Assembly: GCA_002269645.1 (NCBI GenBank)
Contig: NIVC01001396.1
Location: 186,001 to 250,000 of the forward strand
From: Macrostomum lignano
Taxonomy: Eukaryota
DNA length: 64,000 nucleotides
Direction: 5' to 3'
Shown here: piece after piece, positions 52,615 through 64,000 of the stretch
How positions within the stretch are numbered: the first letter of the stretch is position 1
How the letters are laid out: each line of letters starts with the position of its first letter
The notes under the pieces: generated by a model
Database searches by the model: none
What the model saw: the letters and a program-made list of their open reading frames with translations, nothing else
What the model was told of the DNA's origin: nothing
Made by a program: the position numbers and the translations under genes

Positions 52615-53475
52615 GGATATAGACAGGGAGAAGACAGGTAGATGAGAGACAGGTAGATGGCAGACAGGTAGGCAGAAGACAGGTAGATAGAAGACAGGTA
52701 GATAGAAGACAGATATATATAGAAGACAGGTAGACAGAAGACAGGTAGACAGAAAACAGGTAGATAGAAGACAGATAGATATAGAAGACAGGTAGACAGA
52801 AGACAGGTAGACAGAAGACAGGTAGACAGAAGACAGGTAGACAGAAGACAGGTAGACAGAAGACAGGTAGACAGAAGACAGGTAGACAGAAGACAGGTAG
52901 ACAGAAGACAGGTAGACAAAAGACAGGTGGACAGAAGACAGGTCGACAGAAGACAGGTGGACAGAAGACAGGTAGACAGAAGACAGGTAGACAGAAGACA
53001 GGTAGACAGAAGACAGGTGGACAGAAGACAGGTCGACAGAAGACAGGTCGACAGAAGACAGGTAGACAGAAGACAGATAGATATATAAGACAGGTAGATA
53101 TAAGGCAGGTAGATGGCAGACAGGTAGGCAGAAGACAGGTAGACAGAAAACAGGTAGACAGAAAACAGGTAGACAGAAAACAGGTAGACAGAAAACAGGT
53201 AGATAGAAAACAGGTAGATAGAAGACAGGTAGATATAGAAGACAGGTAGACAGAAAACAGGTAGATAGAAAACAGTTAGATAGAAGACAGGTAGATAGAA
53301 GACAGATAGATATAGAAGGCAGGTAGATAGAAGGCAGGTAGATGGCAAACAGGTAGACAGACGACAGGTAGATAGCAGACAGGAACTAGTAGACAGAAGA
53401 CAGGTAGATGGCAGACAGGTAGACAGAAGACAGGTAGATAGCAGACAGGAACTAGTAGATAGAAGACAGGTAGAG
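52615..53475. repeat. 15-bp minisatellite (AGAAGACAGGTAGAC), slit intron 1
   Basis: Direct observation. Source of the STCLL pseudo-ORF. Confidence 0.95.
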
Positions 53476-53879
53476 ACGTTAGAAATGGCACTACACGGGG
53501 ATATGAGAAGTGACGCTGCTACAAAAACCTTAGAGAAACTGAGGAACTGAAAGACCAAAAAAAGGTCCTGAGAGGTGCCGTTCGTAACGGAGGACTTTTA
53601 CCTAAGGTTTTCTCGGGGATTTAAGAAGAAAAACAAAAAAACATGACACATTCGGGAAAACTCCAAAAAGTATGTACGAGTATTAACTGATCTCTTTACT
53701 CAGCGCATGGAATGTCCGAAATTTTGCATTGGCCCTTATCTCGATTCTATACTTAGTATCCATGCCCAGTCACTTATGATCTGTGTGCTCGCGTGTAATT
53801 ACGCGACCAACTATCTCTATATGCTGTCGAATGTGCAGTAACTGCAGGAATCGATCCTGAGGCTCAGACTTATCTCTCT

Positions 53880-53911
<32 letters not shown>

Positions 53912-54148
53912 ACAGGCCCTTGGGGGGCTTCAGCTGGCTTAGGTAGACAGCTCTCACAGTCATGAATCAGGAGTGTGCTTGCTTGGATGTGTGCGCGTGC
54001 AAACAAACTGCACTTTGTGTCTTCGTCTCGACTGCTCGGGTCTGTTTAATTAATCTTATTGACAATTGCGATCTGGATACATATAATTTATATTTGTATT
54101 GCTATGTGTATTATGAAACATTTATTCGCATTTAATAATTATTTTCAG

Positions 54149-54220
54149 CAATCTGCAGTCGAATAGAATTTCACTAATTCGTCGCAGCGACTTCAGTGGT
54201 CTGACTAAACTGAGAATTTT
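54149..54220 (+). CDS. slit: Slit exon 2 (72-bp LRR)
   Basis: ttttcag|; NLQSNRISLIRRSDFSGLTKLRIL; |gtaag. Confidence 0.93.
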
Positions 54221-54311
54221 GTAAGAATTTTGAATACTTGAAGGTTACTGTTCAGTTCTAGCTGTTTACGTCTCAGAACTACATGCAGTCTCCTGTCCCG
54301 TCACGCTTCAG

Positions 54312-54383
54312 ACAACTTCAGAACAATCGGATTGAGCGAATCGAGCCGGGGTCTTTCGACGAATTGACGCAATTGGAACGCTT
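54312..54383 (+). CDS. slit: Slit exon 3 (72-bp LRR)
   Basis: cttcag|; QLQNNRIERIEPGSFDELTQLERL; |gtaag. Confidence 0.93.
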
Positions 54384-54411
54384 GTAAGTTTTCATTCAGC
54401 AGTCCTCATTG

Positions 54412-55222
54412 TTGCCATCTGGGGGTGCTTGCTATCTGGGGGATGCTTGCTATCTGGGGGATGCTTGCTATCTGGGGGATGCTTGCTATCTGGGGGTGCT
54501 TGCTATCTGGGGGATGCTTGCTATCTGGGGGATGCTTGCTATCTGGGGGATTGCTTGCAATCTGGGGGATGCTTGCTATCTGGGGGATGCTTGCTAGCTG
54601 GGGGATTGCTTGCTATCTGGGGGATGCTTACTATCTGGGGGATGCTTGCTATCTGGGGGATGCTTGCTATCTGGGGGTGCTTGCTATCTGGGGATGCTTG
54701 CTATCTGGGGTGCTTGCTATCTGGGGGATGCTTGCTATCTGGGGGATGCTTGCTATCTGGGGGATGCTTGCTATCTGGGGGGTGCTTGCTATCTGGGGGA
54801 TGCTTGCTATCTGGGGGATGCTTGCTATCTGGGGGATGCTTGCTATCTGGGGGATGCTTGCTATGTGGGGGTGCTTGCTATCTGGGGGATGCTTGCTATC
54901 TGGGGGATGCTTGCTATCTGGGGGATTGCTTGCTATCTGGGGGATGCTTACTATCTGGGGGATGCTTGCTATCTGGGGATGCTTGCTATCTGGGGGGTGC
55001 TTGCTATCTGGGGGATGCTTGCTATCTGGGGGTGCTTGCTATCTGGGGGATGCTTGCTATCTGGGGATGCTTGCTATCTTGGGGATGCTTGCTATCTGGG
55101 GGGTGCTTGCTATCTGGGGGTGCTTGCAATCTGGGGTATGCTTGCTATCTGGGGGATGCTTACTATCTGGGGGATTGCTTGCTATCTGGGGGATGCTTAC
55201 TATCTGGGGGATGCTTGCTATC
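54412..55222. repeat. 17-19-bp G-run minisatellite (GGGGGATGCTTGCTATCT), slit intron 3
   Basis: Direct observation. Confidence 0.95.
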
Positions 55223-55981
55223 TTTGTGAAGGCTTTATTTTGTTGTATCCTTCTGTTTCTTTTAGAAAATAGAGATTCATAGCAAGCATCTTTGTCCATG
55301 ACCATTTTACTCGAATAAGGTGATTTGTATAACTGAAGAAGGAATTGGTTTTTTTAATGGATTTGCATAAATAATTTTGCTCCTTGCTTATTGGCCACCC
55401 CAAAGGGAGCACTGGATTGCTAGTTCAAGTTCTGAAAATCAACTGACTCTTGGCAGAGTTTTACAGCAATACAGTCTCAGTCACGTTGCTAAATTTAGTT
55501 GCTAAGCCTAGTTTGATTCTCCAATTTGGAGAGGCCATTCATCTTTCAATTTGGCGCTGTTTCAAGTGTCCCTCGGGGACCTAACAATGGGTGGCTATTA
55601 TAAAATAAATTTCCTTTTTCAGAATAGAATGGGCAGGTATAAAACGCCCTCTCTCTAAGAAGTGGGGTCCCCTTAGAAGGAGGGTGTTGCGCAATCACCA
55701 GGTGCGTGCTTGGGTCTGCCTGACCGCAGCTAAAAAGCGCCAGTACCCAACCATGCAACATTGAGTGGAACGGGTTTCTCTAGTTTAAACAGAAGATTGT
55801 AACCAAAGATATACGCTAAAGCACCCCCATGGTGCCAATCTGCCTTGTCTCTTCTTCTTAGAAGCAGATTAAAAAGCCTTTTTGGCCCTCTGTATTGCGC
55901 AATCCTATGGGAGAGGGGCACCCTGGTCCGCGGTTTGATAAGATTTTAATGACTCGAGCTTGAATTGTCATTTCATTTCAG

Positions 55982-56053
55982 ACGATTAAATCGAAACCGG
56001 ATTACTGAACTGCCCGATGGTCTGTTCACCCGGCAGTCAAACTTGTATCGCCT
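55982..56053 (+). CDS. slit: Slit exon 4 (72-bp LRR)
   Basis: atttcag|; RLNRNRITELPDGLFTRQSNLYRL; |gtaag. Confidence 0.93.
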
Positions 56054-56128
56054 GTAAGTCCCAAGCTGTCACTCAAATTATGATGCTGAAATCGCTTGCC
56101 GATCTACTGATAATTTTGTTGCTTTCAG

Positions 56129-56200
56129 GGACTTGAGCTACAATCGTTTGACTTTTATTGGCAAGGACACATTGTCCGGTGCACCCAGGTTGAGGAATCT
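56129..56200 (+). CDS. slit: Slit exon 5 (72-bp LRR)
   Basis: ctttcag|; DLSYNRLTFIGKDTLSGAPRLRNL; |gtgag. Confidence 0.93.
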
Positions 56201-56217
56201 GTGAGTTTTCTGCAAAT

Positions 56218-57336
56218 TCTGGGGTGTTCAGGATAATTAGTGGGGTGTTCAGGATGATTAGTGGGGTGTTCAGGATGATTAGTGGGGTGTTCAGGATGAT
56301 TAGTGGGGTGTTCAGGATTATTAGTGAGGGTGTTCAGGATGATTAGTGGGGTGTTCAGGATGATTAGTGGGGTGTTCAGGATGATTAGTGGGGTGTTCAG
56401 GATTATTAGTGAGGGTGTTCAGGATGATTAGTGAGGGTGTTCAGGATGATTAGTGAGGGTGTTCAGGATAATTAGTGGGGGTGTTCAGGATAATTAGTGA
56501 GGGTGTTCAGGATAATTAGTGAGGGTGTTCAGGATGATTAGTGAGGGCGTTCAGGATGATTAGTGAGGGTGTTCAGGATGATTAGTGGGGTGTTCAGGAT
56601 GATTAGTGGGGTGTTCAGGATGATTAGTGGGGTGTTCAGGATTATTAGTGAGGGTGTTCAGGATGATTAGTGGGGTGTTCAGGATGATTAGTGGGGTGTT
56701 CAGGATTATTAGTGGGGTGTTCAGGATGATTAGTGAGGGTGTTCAGGATGATTAGTGGGGTGTTCAGGATAATTAGTGGGGGTGTTCAGGATAATTAGTG
56801 AGGGTGTTCAGGATAATTAGTGAGGGTGTTCAGGATTATTAGTGAGGGTGTTCAGGATGATTAGTGAGGGTGTTCAGGATGATTAGTGGGGTGTTCAGGA
56901 TAATTAGTGGGGGTGTTCAGGATAATTAGTGAGGGTGTTCAGGTTAATTAATGAGGGTGTTCAGGATAATTAGTGAGGGTGTTCAGGATAATTAGTGAGG
57001 GTGTTCAGGATAATTAGTGAGGGTGTTCAGGTTAATTAGTGAGGGTGTTCAGGTTAATTAGTGAGGGTGTTCAGGATAATTAGTGAGGGTGTTCAGGTTA
57101 ATTAGTGAGGGTGTTCAGTTTAATTAATGAGGGTGTTCAGGTTAATTAGTGAGGGTGTTCAGGATAATTAGTGAGGGTGTTCAGGTTAATTAGTGAGGGT
57201 GTTCAGTTTAATTAATGAGGGTGTTCAGGTTAATTAGTGAGGGTGTTCAGGTTAATTAGTGAGGGTGTTCAGTTTAATTAATGAGGGTGTTCAGGGTAAT
57301 TAGTGAGGGTGTTCAGGATACTTAGTGAGGGTGTTC
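56218..57336. repeat. 21-22-bp minisatellite (GTG[A]GGGTGTTCAGGAT[GA]ATTA), slit intron 5
   Basis: Direct observation. The variants grade from GATG to GATA to GTTA, left to right. Confidence 0.95.
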
Positions 57337-57686
57337 AGATCTATCTATCTATAATCAGTGAGATATTTATAAACAGCTTGTGAACGCAGTAAAATGTCAG
57401 ATGTTGCATTGATAGCATACTAAAAACATTCAACCCAAAGTAGAGCTCATTACCGAGCCTAATTAGCATATTAAAATTAGATTCCATTCTCCTTGCGCAG
57501 ACACCGACAGAACATAGTTCACCCAAGCAACCTCTGGAATCAGAATTGTAGTTTCAGTTTCGCAAAACTGCAACTACGTCTTTAGAAGCTGTTTTAATTT
57601 GCCCCCCCCCCACCGCCGACTGACTGAATTATAAATTCGAAATTCGAAATTATAATTGGCTGCGCAATTTGTAAAACTCCAAACAG

Positions 57687-57758
57687 GCAGTTGGATCATA
57701 ACGATATTCGCTGCCTGACTGAATCGGCTCTCAGAGGCTTGGAGCGGCTAGAAGTTCT
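57687..57758 (+). CDS. slit: Slit exon 6 (72-bp LRR)
   Basis: aaacag|; QLDHNDIRCLTESALRGLERLEVL; |gtaag. Confidence 0.93.
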
Positions 57759-57924
57759 GTAAGTCTACCGTGTGCAGCTTCATTGCAAGTTTTGTCCTTT
57801 TGCAGGTTACACAAATAATTGTTATTCTGATGCTTATAGTACACTACTGAGCACTATTCAACCGAATGTGTACGCAATATTAAGATTCAAGATTTTATTA
57901 CTGACAATCTATAGTATTCCACTG

Positions 57925-58510
57925 ATACCCTGCTGATTCCCTAATGACTCTCTACTGACTCCCTAATGACTCTCTACTGACTCCCTAATGACTCTCTACT
58001 GACTCCCTAATGACTCTCTACTGACTCCCTGCTGACTCCCTGCTGACTCTCTACTGACACCCTGCTGACTCCCTACTGACTCTCTACTGACTCTCTACTG
58101 ACTCTCTACTGACTCTCTACTGACTCTCTTCTGACTCTCTACTGACACCCTGCTGACTCCCTAATGACTCTCTACTGACACCCTGCTGACTCCCTACTGA
58201 CTCTCTACTGACACCCTAATGACTCTCTACTGACTCTCTACTGACTCTCTACTGACTCTCTACTGACACCCTAATGACTCTCTACTGACTCTCTACTGAC
58301 TCTCTACTGAATCCCTACCGACTCTCTACTGACACCCTACTGACTCTCTACTGACTCTCTACTGACTCACTACTGACTCCCTAATGGCTCTCTACTGACT
58401 CCCTGCTGACTCCCTAATGACTCTCTACTGACTCCCTACTGACTCTCTACTGACTCCCTACTGACTCCCTACTGACACCATACTGACAATACTGACTCTA
58501 CTGACACCTT
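57925..58510. repeat. 11-bp minisatellite (CTGACTCTCTA), slit intron 6
   Basis: Direct observation. Confidence 0.93.
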
Positions 58511-58607
58511 CCAGACTCCAGTGCACCTCTATGCTTCTACTGACATCCCAATGACATTTCCCAAAACTCACTGACGCTCTCCAACCCTCTCCCACAAACC
58601 TCTGCAG

Positions 58608-58679
58608 CACCCTTAACCGGAACAACATTTCCACACTGCCGGAAAATGCTTTTAGCCGAATGGCTCGGCTGAAAACTCT
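58608..58679 (+). CDS. slit: Slit exon 7 (72-bp LRR)
   Basis: ctgcag|; TLNRNNISTLPENAFSRMARLKTL; |gtaag. Confidence 0.93.
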
Positions 58680-58858
58680 GTAAGTTGTTTTGCTCTCCCT
58701 GCGTCCATTTCAAGCTTAGAGAGACGGAGGTAATCCCTCTACTCCAGGCTTTTAGTTCATCATAAATATTGAGTAGCCTAATAACCTTCAGCTAATCTCG
58801 AAACTGCAAGAACTCGAAGCCATACCGACCCCCTCCCCCACCTGCTTAACTGCCTCAG

Positions 58859-59022
58859 TCGACTGGCTGACAACAACTTTATTTGCGACTGTCGCTTGGC
58901 CTGGCTGTCCAGGTGGCTCAGACAGCAGCCCCAGCTCGGGCTGCACACCAAGTGCTCTCAGCCGAGACTTCTGTTCGGCTCTCAGGTGGCCGAGTTGAGC
59001 AGCTCGGATTTTCAGTGCTCAG
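58859..59022 (+). CDS. slit: Slit exon 8 (LRRCT of domain D1)
   Basis: RLADNNFICDCRLAWLSRWLRQQPQLGLHTKCSQPRLLFGSQVAELSSSDFQCS, closely matching the Slit D1 cap as I recall it (CDCHLAWLSDWLRQRP.GL.T.C); G|gtgag. Confidence 0.95.
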
Positions 59023-59258
59023 GTGAGACTGGGAACTCTGTAAGATGATGATGGCCTTCACCAGCATACCCACAGTTGCAGGAAAGCCTTGGGCACCCTG
59101 GCGCAACCCTGACACAGAGTGTTCAGCGACCCTTTGAATTTCTAATCGTCAGAGATGTACGGTCTCTCTGCCTTGGGGGCCAAGCCTTCTCCTTTCGCTT
59201 GCGATAGTGTAGATCTCGTAGCAGTTTGTCTATGGTAATTTCTATTTCAACCCCGCAG

Positions 59259-59409
59259 CCGACCATCACAAGCTCTACCCCTCGGCCTGCGCCATGGCCG
59301 AGAGGGCCAACTGTCCCAGGCAGTGCTACTGTCAGGAGGACAATGTCCGCTGCAACCAGAAGGACCTGAGCGAGGTGCCCGAGGATATTCCCACCAATGT
59401 GCAGGAGCT
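59259..59409 (+). CDS. slit: Slit exon 9 (linker + D2 LRRNT)
   Basis: ccgcag|; ADHHKLYPSACAMAERANCPRQCYCQEDNVRCNQKDLSEVPEDIPTNVQEL; |gtgag. Confidence 0.93.
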
Positions 59410-59416
59410 GTGAGTG

Positions 59417-59661
<245 letters not shown>

Positions 59662-59670
59662 TTACCTCAG

Positions 59671-59742
59671 GCACCTGGAGAACAACAAAATCACACTAAT
59701 CCGGAGAGGCACATTCCGCCGTCTGACCCAACTGCGTCGACT
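59671..59742 (+). CDS. slit: Slit exon 10 (72-bp LRR)
   Basis: cctcag|; HLENNKITLIRRGTFRRLTQLRRL; |gtaag. Confidence 0.93.
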
Positions 59743-59809
59743 GTAAGATTTCATTGAAGCGTGAATGTACACTGTGACTGATGCACAATTTAAAAGCCAT
59801 GTTTTGCAG

Positions 59810-59881
59810 ATTCCTGAACGGAAATCAAATTTCCCGCTTGGAAGAGGGCGCTTTTGAGGGTCTGGACAATTTGTACTCCCT
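59810..59881 (+). CDS. slit: Slit exon 11 (72-bp LRR)
   Basis: ttgcag|; FLNGNQISRLEEGAFEGLDNLYSL; |gtgag. Confidence 0.93.
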
Positions 59882-59972
59882 GTGAGATTACTTATAATCA
59901 TAATTCCTTTAGTTTTAACCTCTGATTTTATTACATTCCTAGTCATGCTACAATCACGTTTCATTTCTTCAG

Positions 59973-60044
59973 CGTCCTGAGCAGAAACTCGATTCGAGAG
60001 CTTCCGAGGGGAATCTTTCAGGGCCTGAAGTTTCTGCAACTGCT
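59973..60044 (+). CDS. slit: Slit exon 12 (72-bp LRR)
   Basis: cttcag|; VLSRNSIRELPRGIFQGLKFLQLL; |gtgag. Confidence 0.93.
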
Positions 60045-60204
60045 GTGAGTCATTGAGATACCGTGATCGCATTTTGCTGCCCTCTATGTACTTATATACC
60101 TTGTCCCTCTATTTCCCCTCACTTCTCACCTCACACAAAGCTTATCATGGAACCCTCAATCTCTTCCCTTTCTCTCACCCTGTCCTCTCTCCCCTCTCTA
60201 CCCT

Positions 60205-61620
60205 CGACTCTCCACTCTCCACTCTCCACTGTCCACTCTCCCCTCTCTACTCTCCCCTCGCCACTCTCCCCTCTCCACTCTCCCCTCTTCACTCTCCCCT
60301 CTCCACTCTCCCCTCTCCACTCTCCCCTCTTCACTCTCCCCTCTCCACTCTCCCCTCTCCACTCTCCCCTCTCCACTCTCCACTCTCCCCTCTTCACTCT
60401 CCCCTCTCCACTCTCCCCTCTCCACTCTCCCCTCTTCACTCTCCCCTCTCCACTCTCCCCTCTCCACTCTCCCCTCTCCACTCTCCACTCTCCCCTCTCC
60501 ACTCTCCACTCTCCCCTCTCCCCTCTCCAATCTCCCCTCTCCACTCTCCCCTCTCCACTCTCCCCTCTCCACTCTCCCCTCTCCACTCTCCCCTCTTCAC
60601 TCTCCCCTCTCCACTCTCCCCTCTCCACTCTCCCCTCTCCACTCTCCCCTCTCCACTCTCCCCTCTCCACTCTCCACTCTCCCCTCTCCCCTCTCCAATC
60701 TCCCCTCTCCACTCTCCCCTCTCCACTCTCCCCTCTCCACTCTCCCCTCTCCACTCTCCCCTCTCCACTCTCCCCTCTCCACTCTCCCTCTCCCCTCTCC
60801 ACTCTCCCCTCTCCACTCTCCCCTCTCCAATCTCCCCTCTCCACTCTCCACTCTCCCCTCTTCACTCTCCCCTCTCCACTCTCCCCTCTCCACTCTCCCT
60901 CTTCACTCTCCCCTCTCCACTCTCCCCTCTCCACTCTCCCCTCTCCACTCTCCACTCTCCCCTCTTCACTCTCCCCTCTCCACTCTCCCCTCTCCACTCT
61001 CCCCTCTCCACTCTCCCCTCTCCACTCTCCCCTCTCCACTCTCCCCTCTCCACTCTCCACTCTCCCCTCTCCACTCTCCACTCTCCCCTCTCCCCTCTCC
61101 AATCTCCCTCTCCACTCTCCCTCTCTCACTCTCCCTCTCCACTCTCCCCTCTCCACTCTCCCCTCTTCACTCTCCCTCTCCACTCTCCCTCTCCACTCTC
61201 CCCTCTCCACTCTCCCCTCTCCACTCTCCCCTCTCCACTCTCCACTCTCCCCTCTCCCCTCTCCAATCTCCCCTCTCCACTCTCCCCTCTCCACTCTCCC
61301 CTCTCCAATCTCCCCTCTCCACTCTCCCCTCTCCACTCTCCCCTCTCCACTCTCCCCTCTCCCCTCTCCACTCTCCCCTCTCCACTCTCCCCTCTCCAAT
61401 CTCCCCTCTCCACTCTCCCCTCTCCCCTCTCCACTCTCTTGTCTCCACTCTCCTCTCTCCACTCTTCCCTCTCCACTCTCCCATCTCCACTCTCCTCTCT
61501 CCACTCTCCTCTTTCCACTCTTCCCTCTCCACTCTCCCGTCTCCACTCTCCTCTCTCCGCTCTCCTCTTTCCACTCTCTTCTCTCCCCTCTCCTCTCTCC
61601 CCTCTTCCTTGCCTGTCTTC
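60205..61620. repeat. Polypyrimidine 14-bp minisatellite (CTCTCCCCTCTCCA), slit intron 12
   Basis: Direct observation. Source of the 500+ aa LPSPLS and ERGEW pseudo-ORFs. Confidence 0.95.
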
Positions 61621-61960
61621 TCCCTCCTAAGCCGAGAGTATTTTCACTCGTGTTTTACTCTGGCGTTGAGACTGCCTTGCGCTCTTCTTCAGCTTTCTTC
61701 AGTCTGACTTTCGTCTGCTTTTGGAAGGCACTCAACAATCCAGTAGTCAGTCATCACTTGTTTATTGCTCGTCCATTTCTAAAGTCAATAAAAAGTGATT
61801 GACAGGTATTTTAGTAACCGAGCATATAGGTCTACTCCTATTTTACAAGTATCGAGCAGTATAATTATAACTCGAAAATTATGACACACAGACTCTGTGA
61901 AGATTTAGGTTATTAGTTTTTTACGAGCAGAGCAATGAAGGGTGAAGTTTAGCAACTACT

Positions 61961-61995
61961 CGGTTGCACATCTGGGCGCATTAAATAAATATTAA
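61961..61995 (+). mobile_element. Short 3'-end fragment of the CORE-like SINE
   Basis: CGGTTGCACATCTG followed by CATTAAATAAAT, as at the 3' end of copy B. Confidence 0.45.
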
Positions 61996-62064
61996 AGAAT
62001 TAGTTTTGTAGAGATAGTAGACTTAGGGTGAGAGTCGGAATGACTCATCATTTTGAGAGTTCAT

Positions 62065-62540
62065 AGGGTCAGACTCACTCATCCTGAGAATCGTGTGCGA
62101 GTCAGACTCACTCATCTCAAGAATCGTGTGAGAGTCAGACTCACTCATCTCAAGAATCGTGTGAGAGTCAGACTCACTCATCTCAAGAATCGTGTGAGAG
62201 TCAGACTCACTCATCTCAAGAATCGTGTGAGAGTCAGACTCACTCATCTCAAGAATCGTGTGAGAGTCAGACTCACTCATCTCAAGAATCATGTGAGAGT
62301 CAGACTCACTCATCTCAAGAACCGTGTGAGAGTCAGACTCACTCATCTCAAGAATCGTGTGAGAGTCAGACTCACTCATCTCAAGAATCGTGTGAGAGTC
62401 AGACTCACTCATCTCAAGAATCGTGTGAGAGTCAGACTCACTCATCTCAAGAATCGTGTGAGAGTCAGACTCACTCATCTCAAGAACCGTGTGAGAGTCA
62501 GACTCACTCATCTCAAGAATCGTGTGAGAGTCAGACTCTC
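62065..62540. repeat. 33-bp minisatellite (GAGAGTCAGACTCACTCATCTCAAGAATCGTGT), slit intron 12
   Basis: About 14 near-perfect units. Source of the MSESDSHTILE pseudo-ORF. Confidence 0.96.
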
Positions 62541-62610
62541 AAATGAGTCTGAAAATGTTCTGAAAAGGTTGCAAATAAAATTCCCTAAAAGAATCGTGCG
62601 GGAATTTCAG

Positions 62611-62682
62611 ACTCCTGGACGCCAACAAGCTCACCTGCATACCTGAGGACATTTTCCACGAAACAAGGAATTTGGCCATCCT
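62611..62682 (+). CDS. slit: Slit exon 13 (72-bp LRR)
   Basis: atttcag|; LLDANKLTCIPEDIFHETRNLAIL (cf. Slit LLNANKINC); |gtaag. Confidence 0.93.
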
Positions 62683-62782
62683 GTAAGTGGCTTCTCTGCT
62701 TTTAACAAAAACAATGATTCTTGTCGAGTTAATAACATTCAAAGTTTCAAATTTCTCCAATATAAATTGTTGTCTTTTTCAG

Positions 62783-62854
62783 CTCTTTATACAAAAATGA
62801 GATCAAATCAATCGCTGAGACCACCTTTGCCCCTCTGAGAAGCATCCAGCAGCT
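62783..62854 (+). CDS. slit: Slit exon 14 (72-bp LRR); gene continues beyond the window
   Basis: ttttcag|; SLYKNEIKSIAETTFAPLRSIQQL (cf. Slit SLYDNK.Q....GTF.PLRAIQT); |gtgag. I found no D2 LRRCT exon before 64000. Confidence 0.93.
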
Positions 62855-63174
62855 GTGAGTGAGATGCTTTTGTAATATCATTACTTTTACTAATATTAAT
62901 ATTTTCATTGTAAACCCTCTAGTGAGCATTGGAGCTGCCAGACTTTGCAGTTTCTCACGCTGAAGTTCTATTATACAAAATATTGTTTGTTCACGTAGAG
63001 AGTTGTGAGAGAGACTTAGAGAGGGTAAAAGAGTCTGGTTGAGCGTTCAGAAATAATATAACAATTTTATTTAGGTCGGTTTCCTGCCTCTTGGGCCTCT
63101 TTATACGGGCCTTGGGTCTTTTGAAACTTCAGAATAGCAATCCGGCCCCCGCACAATGTTTGTCTCTTCTCAGC

Positions 63175-63850
63175 GCTCTTCTCTCTAATCTCCTATATAC
63201 TCTCTTCCTCTCTTCTCTCCTCTCTCCTCTCCTCTCTCCTTTCCTCTCCTCTCTCCTTTCCTCTCCTCTCCTCTCTCCTCTCCTCTCTGCTTTCCTCTCC
63301 TCTCTTGTCTTCTCTCCTCTCTCCTCTCCTCTCCTCTCTCCTCTCATCTCCTCTCCTCTCCTCTCCTCTCCTCTCTCCTCTCATCTCCTCTCCTCTCCTC
63401 TCCTCTCCTCTCTCCTCTCCTCTCTGCTTTCCTCTCCTCTCTTGTCTTCTCTCCTCTCTCCTCTCCTCTCCTCTCTCCTCTCATCTCCTCTCCTCTCCTC
63501 TCCTCTCCTCTCCTCTCCTCTCCTCTCTTCTCTCTCCTCTCCTCTCCTCTCTCCTCTCCTCTCTCCTCTCTTGTCTTCTCTCCTCTCTTGTCTTCTCTCC
63601 TCTCTCCTTTCCTCTCCTCTCTCCTTCCCTCTCCTCTCTTGTCTGCTCTCCTCTCTCCTCTCCTCTCCTCTCCTCTCCTCTCCTCTCCTCTCCTCTCCTC
63701 TCCTCTCCTCTCCTCCTCTCCTCTCCTCTCCTCTCCTCTCCTCTCCTCTTCTCTCCTCTCCTCTCCTTTATCTCCTTCTCCTTCTCTTCTCGCCTCTCCT
63801 CTCTTTTATCTCCTTTCTATCTCCTTCATTCTCTCCCCTCTCTCTCCTCC
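63175..63850. repeat. (CTCTC)n-type polypyrimidine repeat, slit intron 14
   Basis: Direct observation. Confidence 0.95.
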
Positions 63851-64000
63851 TACGACCTGCAGTAATTCTCTACATTCTCTTGAGTCCTTGAGTTAAAAAA
63901 AGTTAGCCGACCCCCCGCTCTTATAGAGGGTTTGAATCCAATACGATATGCTTAATTTCTATGATATTTGTATCAAGACCTGAAAGTATTTTATCGAAAG

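Noticed and set aside
53770-53880. Minus-strand exon-like frame (RDKSEPQDRFLQLLHIRQHIEIVGRVITREHTDHK*) in slit intron 1
   Set aside because: The apparent acceptor is supplied by a (GA)n/(CT)n microsatellite. No partner exon or recognisable homology.
60053-61802. Long ORFs of 470-580 aa (LPSPLS.., ERGEW..) and similar ORFs at 9224-9885, 15813-16403, 17538-18695, 50254-50912, 52419-53558, 54409-55282, 62023-62646, 63091-63896
   Set aside because: They are translations of tandem repeats that lack stop codons, are open in several frames at once, and mostly lie inside introns of real genes.

Overview
Eukaryotic (animal, probably spiralian/flatworm-like; the taxon is an inference) genomic DNA, very rich in tandem repeats. 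Most long ORFs in the supplied track are repeat artefacts. I reconstructed the spliced genes by hand from GT-AG sites and reading phase. (1) A 3-exon GnRH/AKH/corazonin-receptor-family GPCR (minus, 6513-15311). (2) A probable ankyrin-repeat gene (plus, exons ~22049-22600 and 44163-44327). Its ~21.5-kb intron holds ~18 kb of a 28/32-bp satellite, interrupted by a 5'-truncated but uninterrupted Penelope-like retroelement (RT + GIY-YIG, Neptune-type Cys linker). The element has a minimal hammerhead ribozyme at its 3' end and is flanked by a ~1.9-kb direct duplication. (3) A 2-exon secreted-type single-domain thioredoxin with a CPVC motif (44849-45474). (4) An amidated neuropeptide precursor encoding ASFVRMa and ASYVRMa (minus, 47854-48207). 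(5) The first 14 exons of slit (plus, 52285-62854, continuing past the window), where each long intron carries a different minisatellite. Also present: a tRNA-derived CORE-like SINE family whose 5' A-box region matches the minisatellite at 1-1280, a second short dispersed repeat, a hAT-like MITE with an 8-bp TSD, and inverted minisatellite arms around GPCR exon 2. No prokaryotic features (CRISPR, operons, rRNA) are supported.
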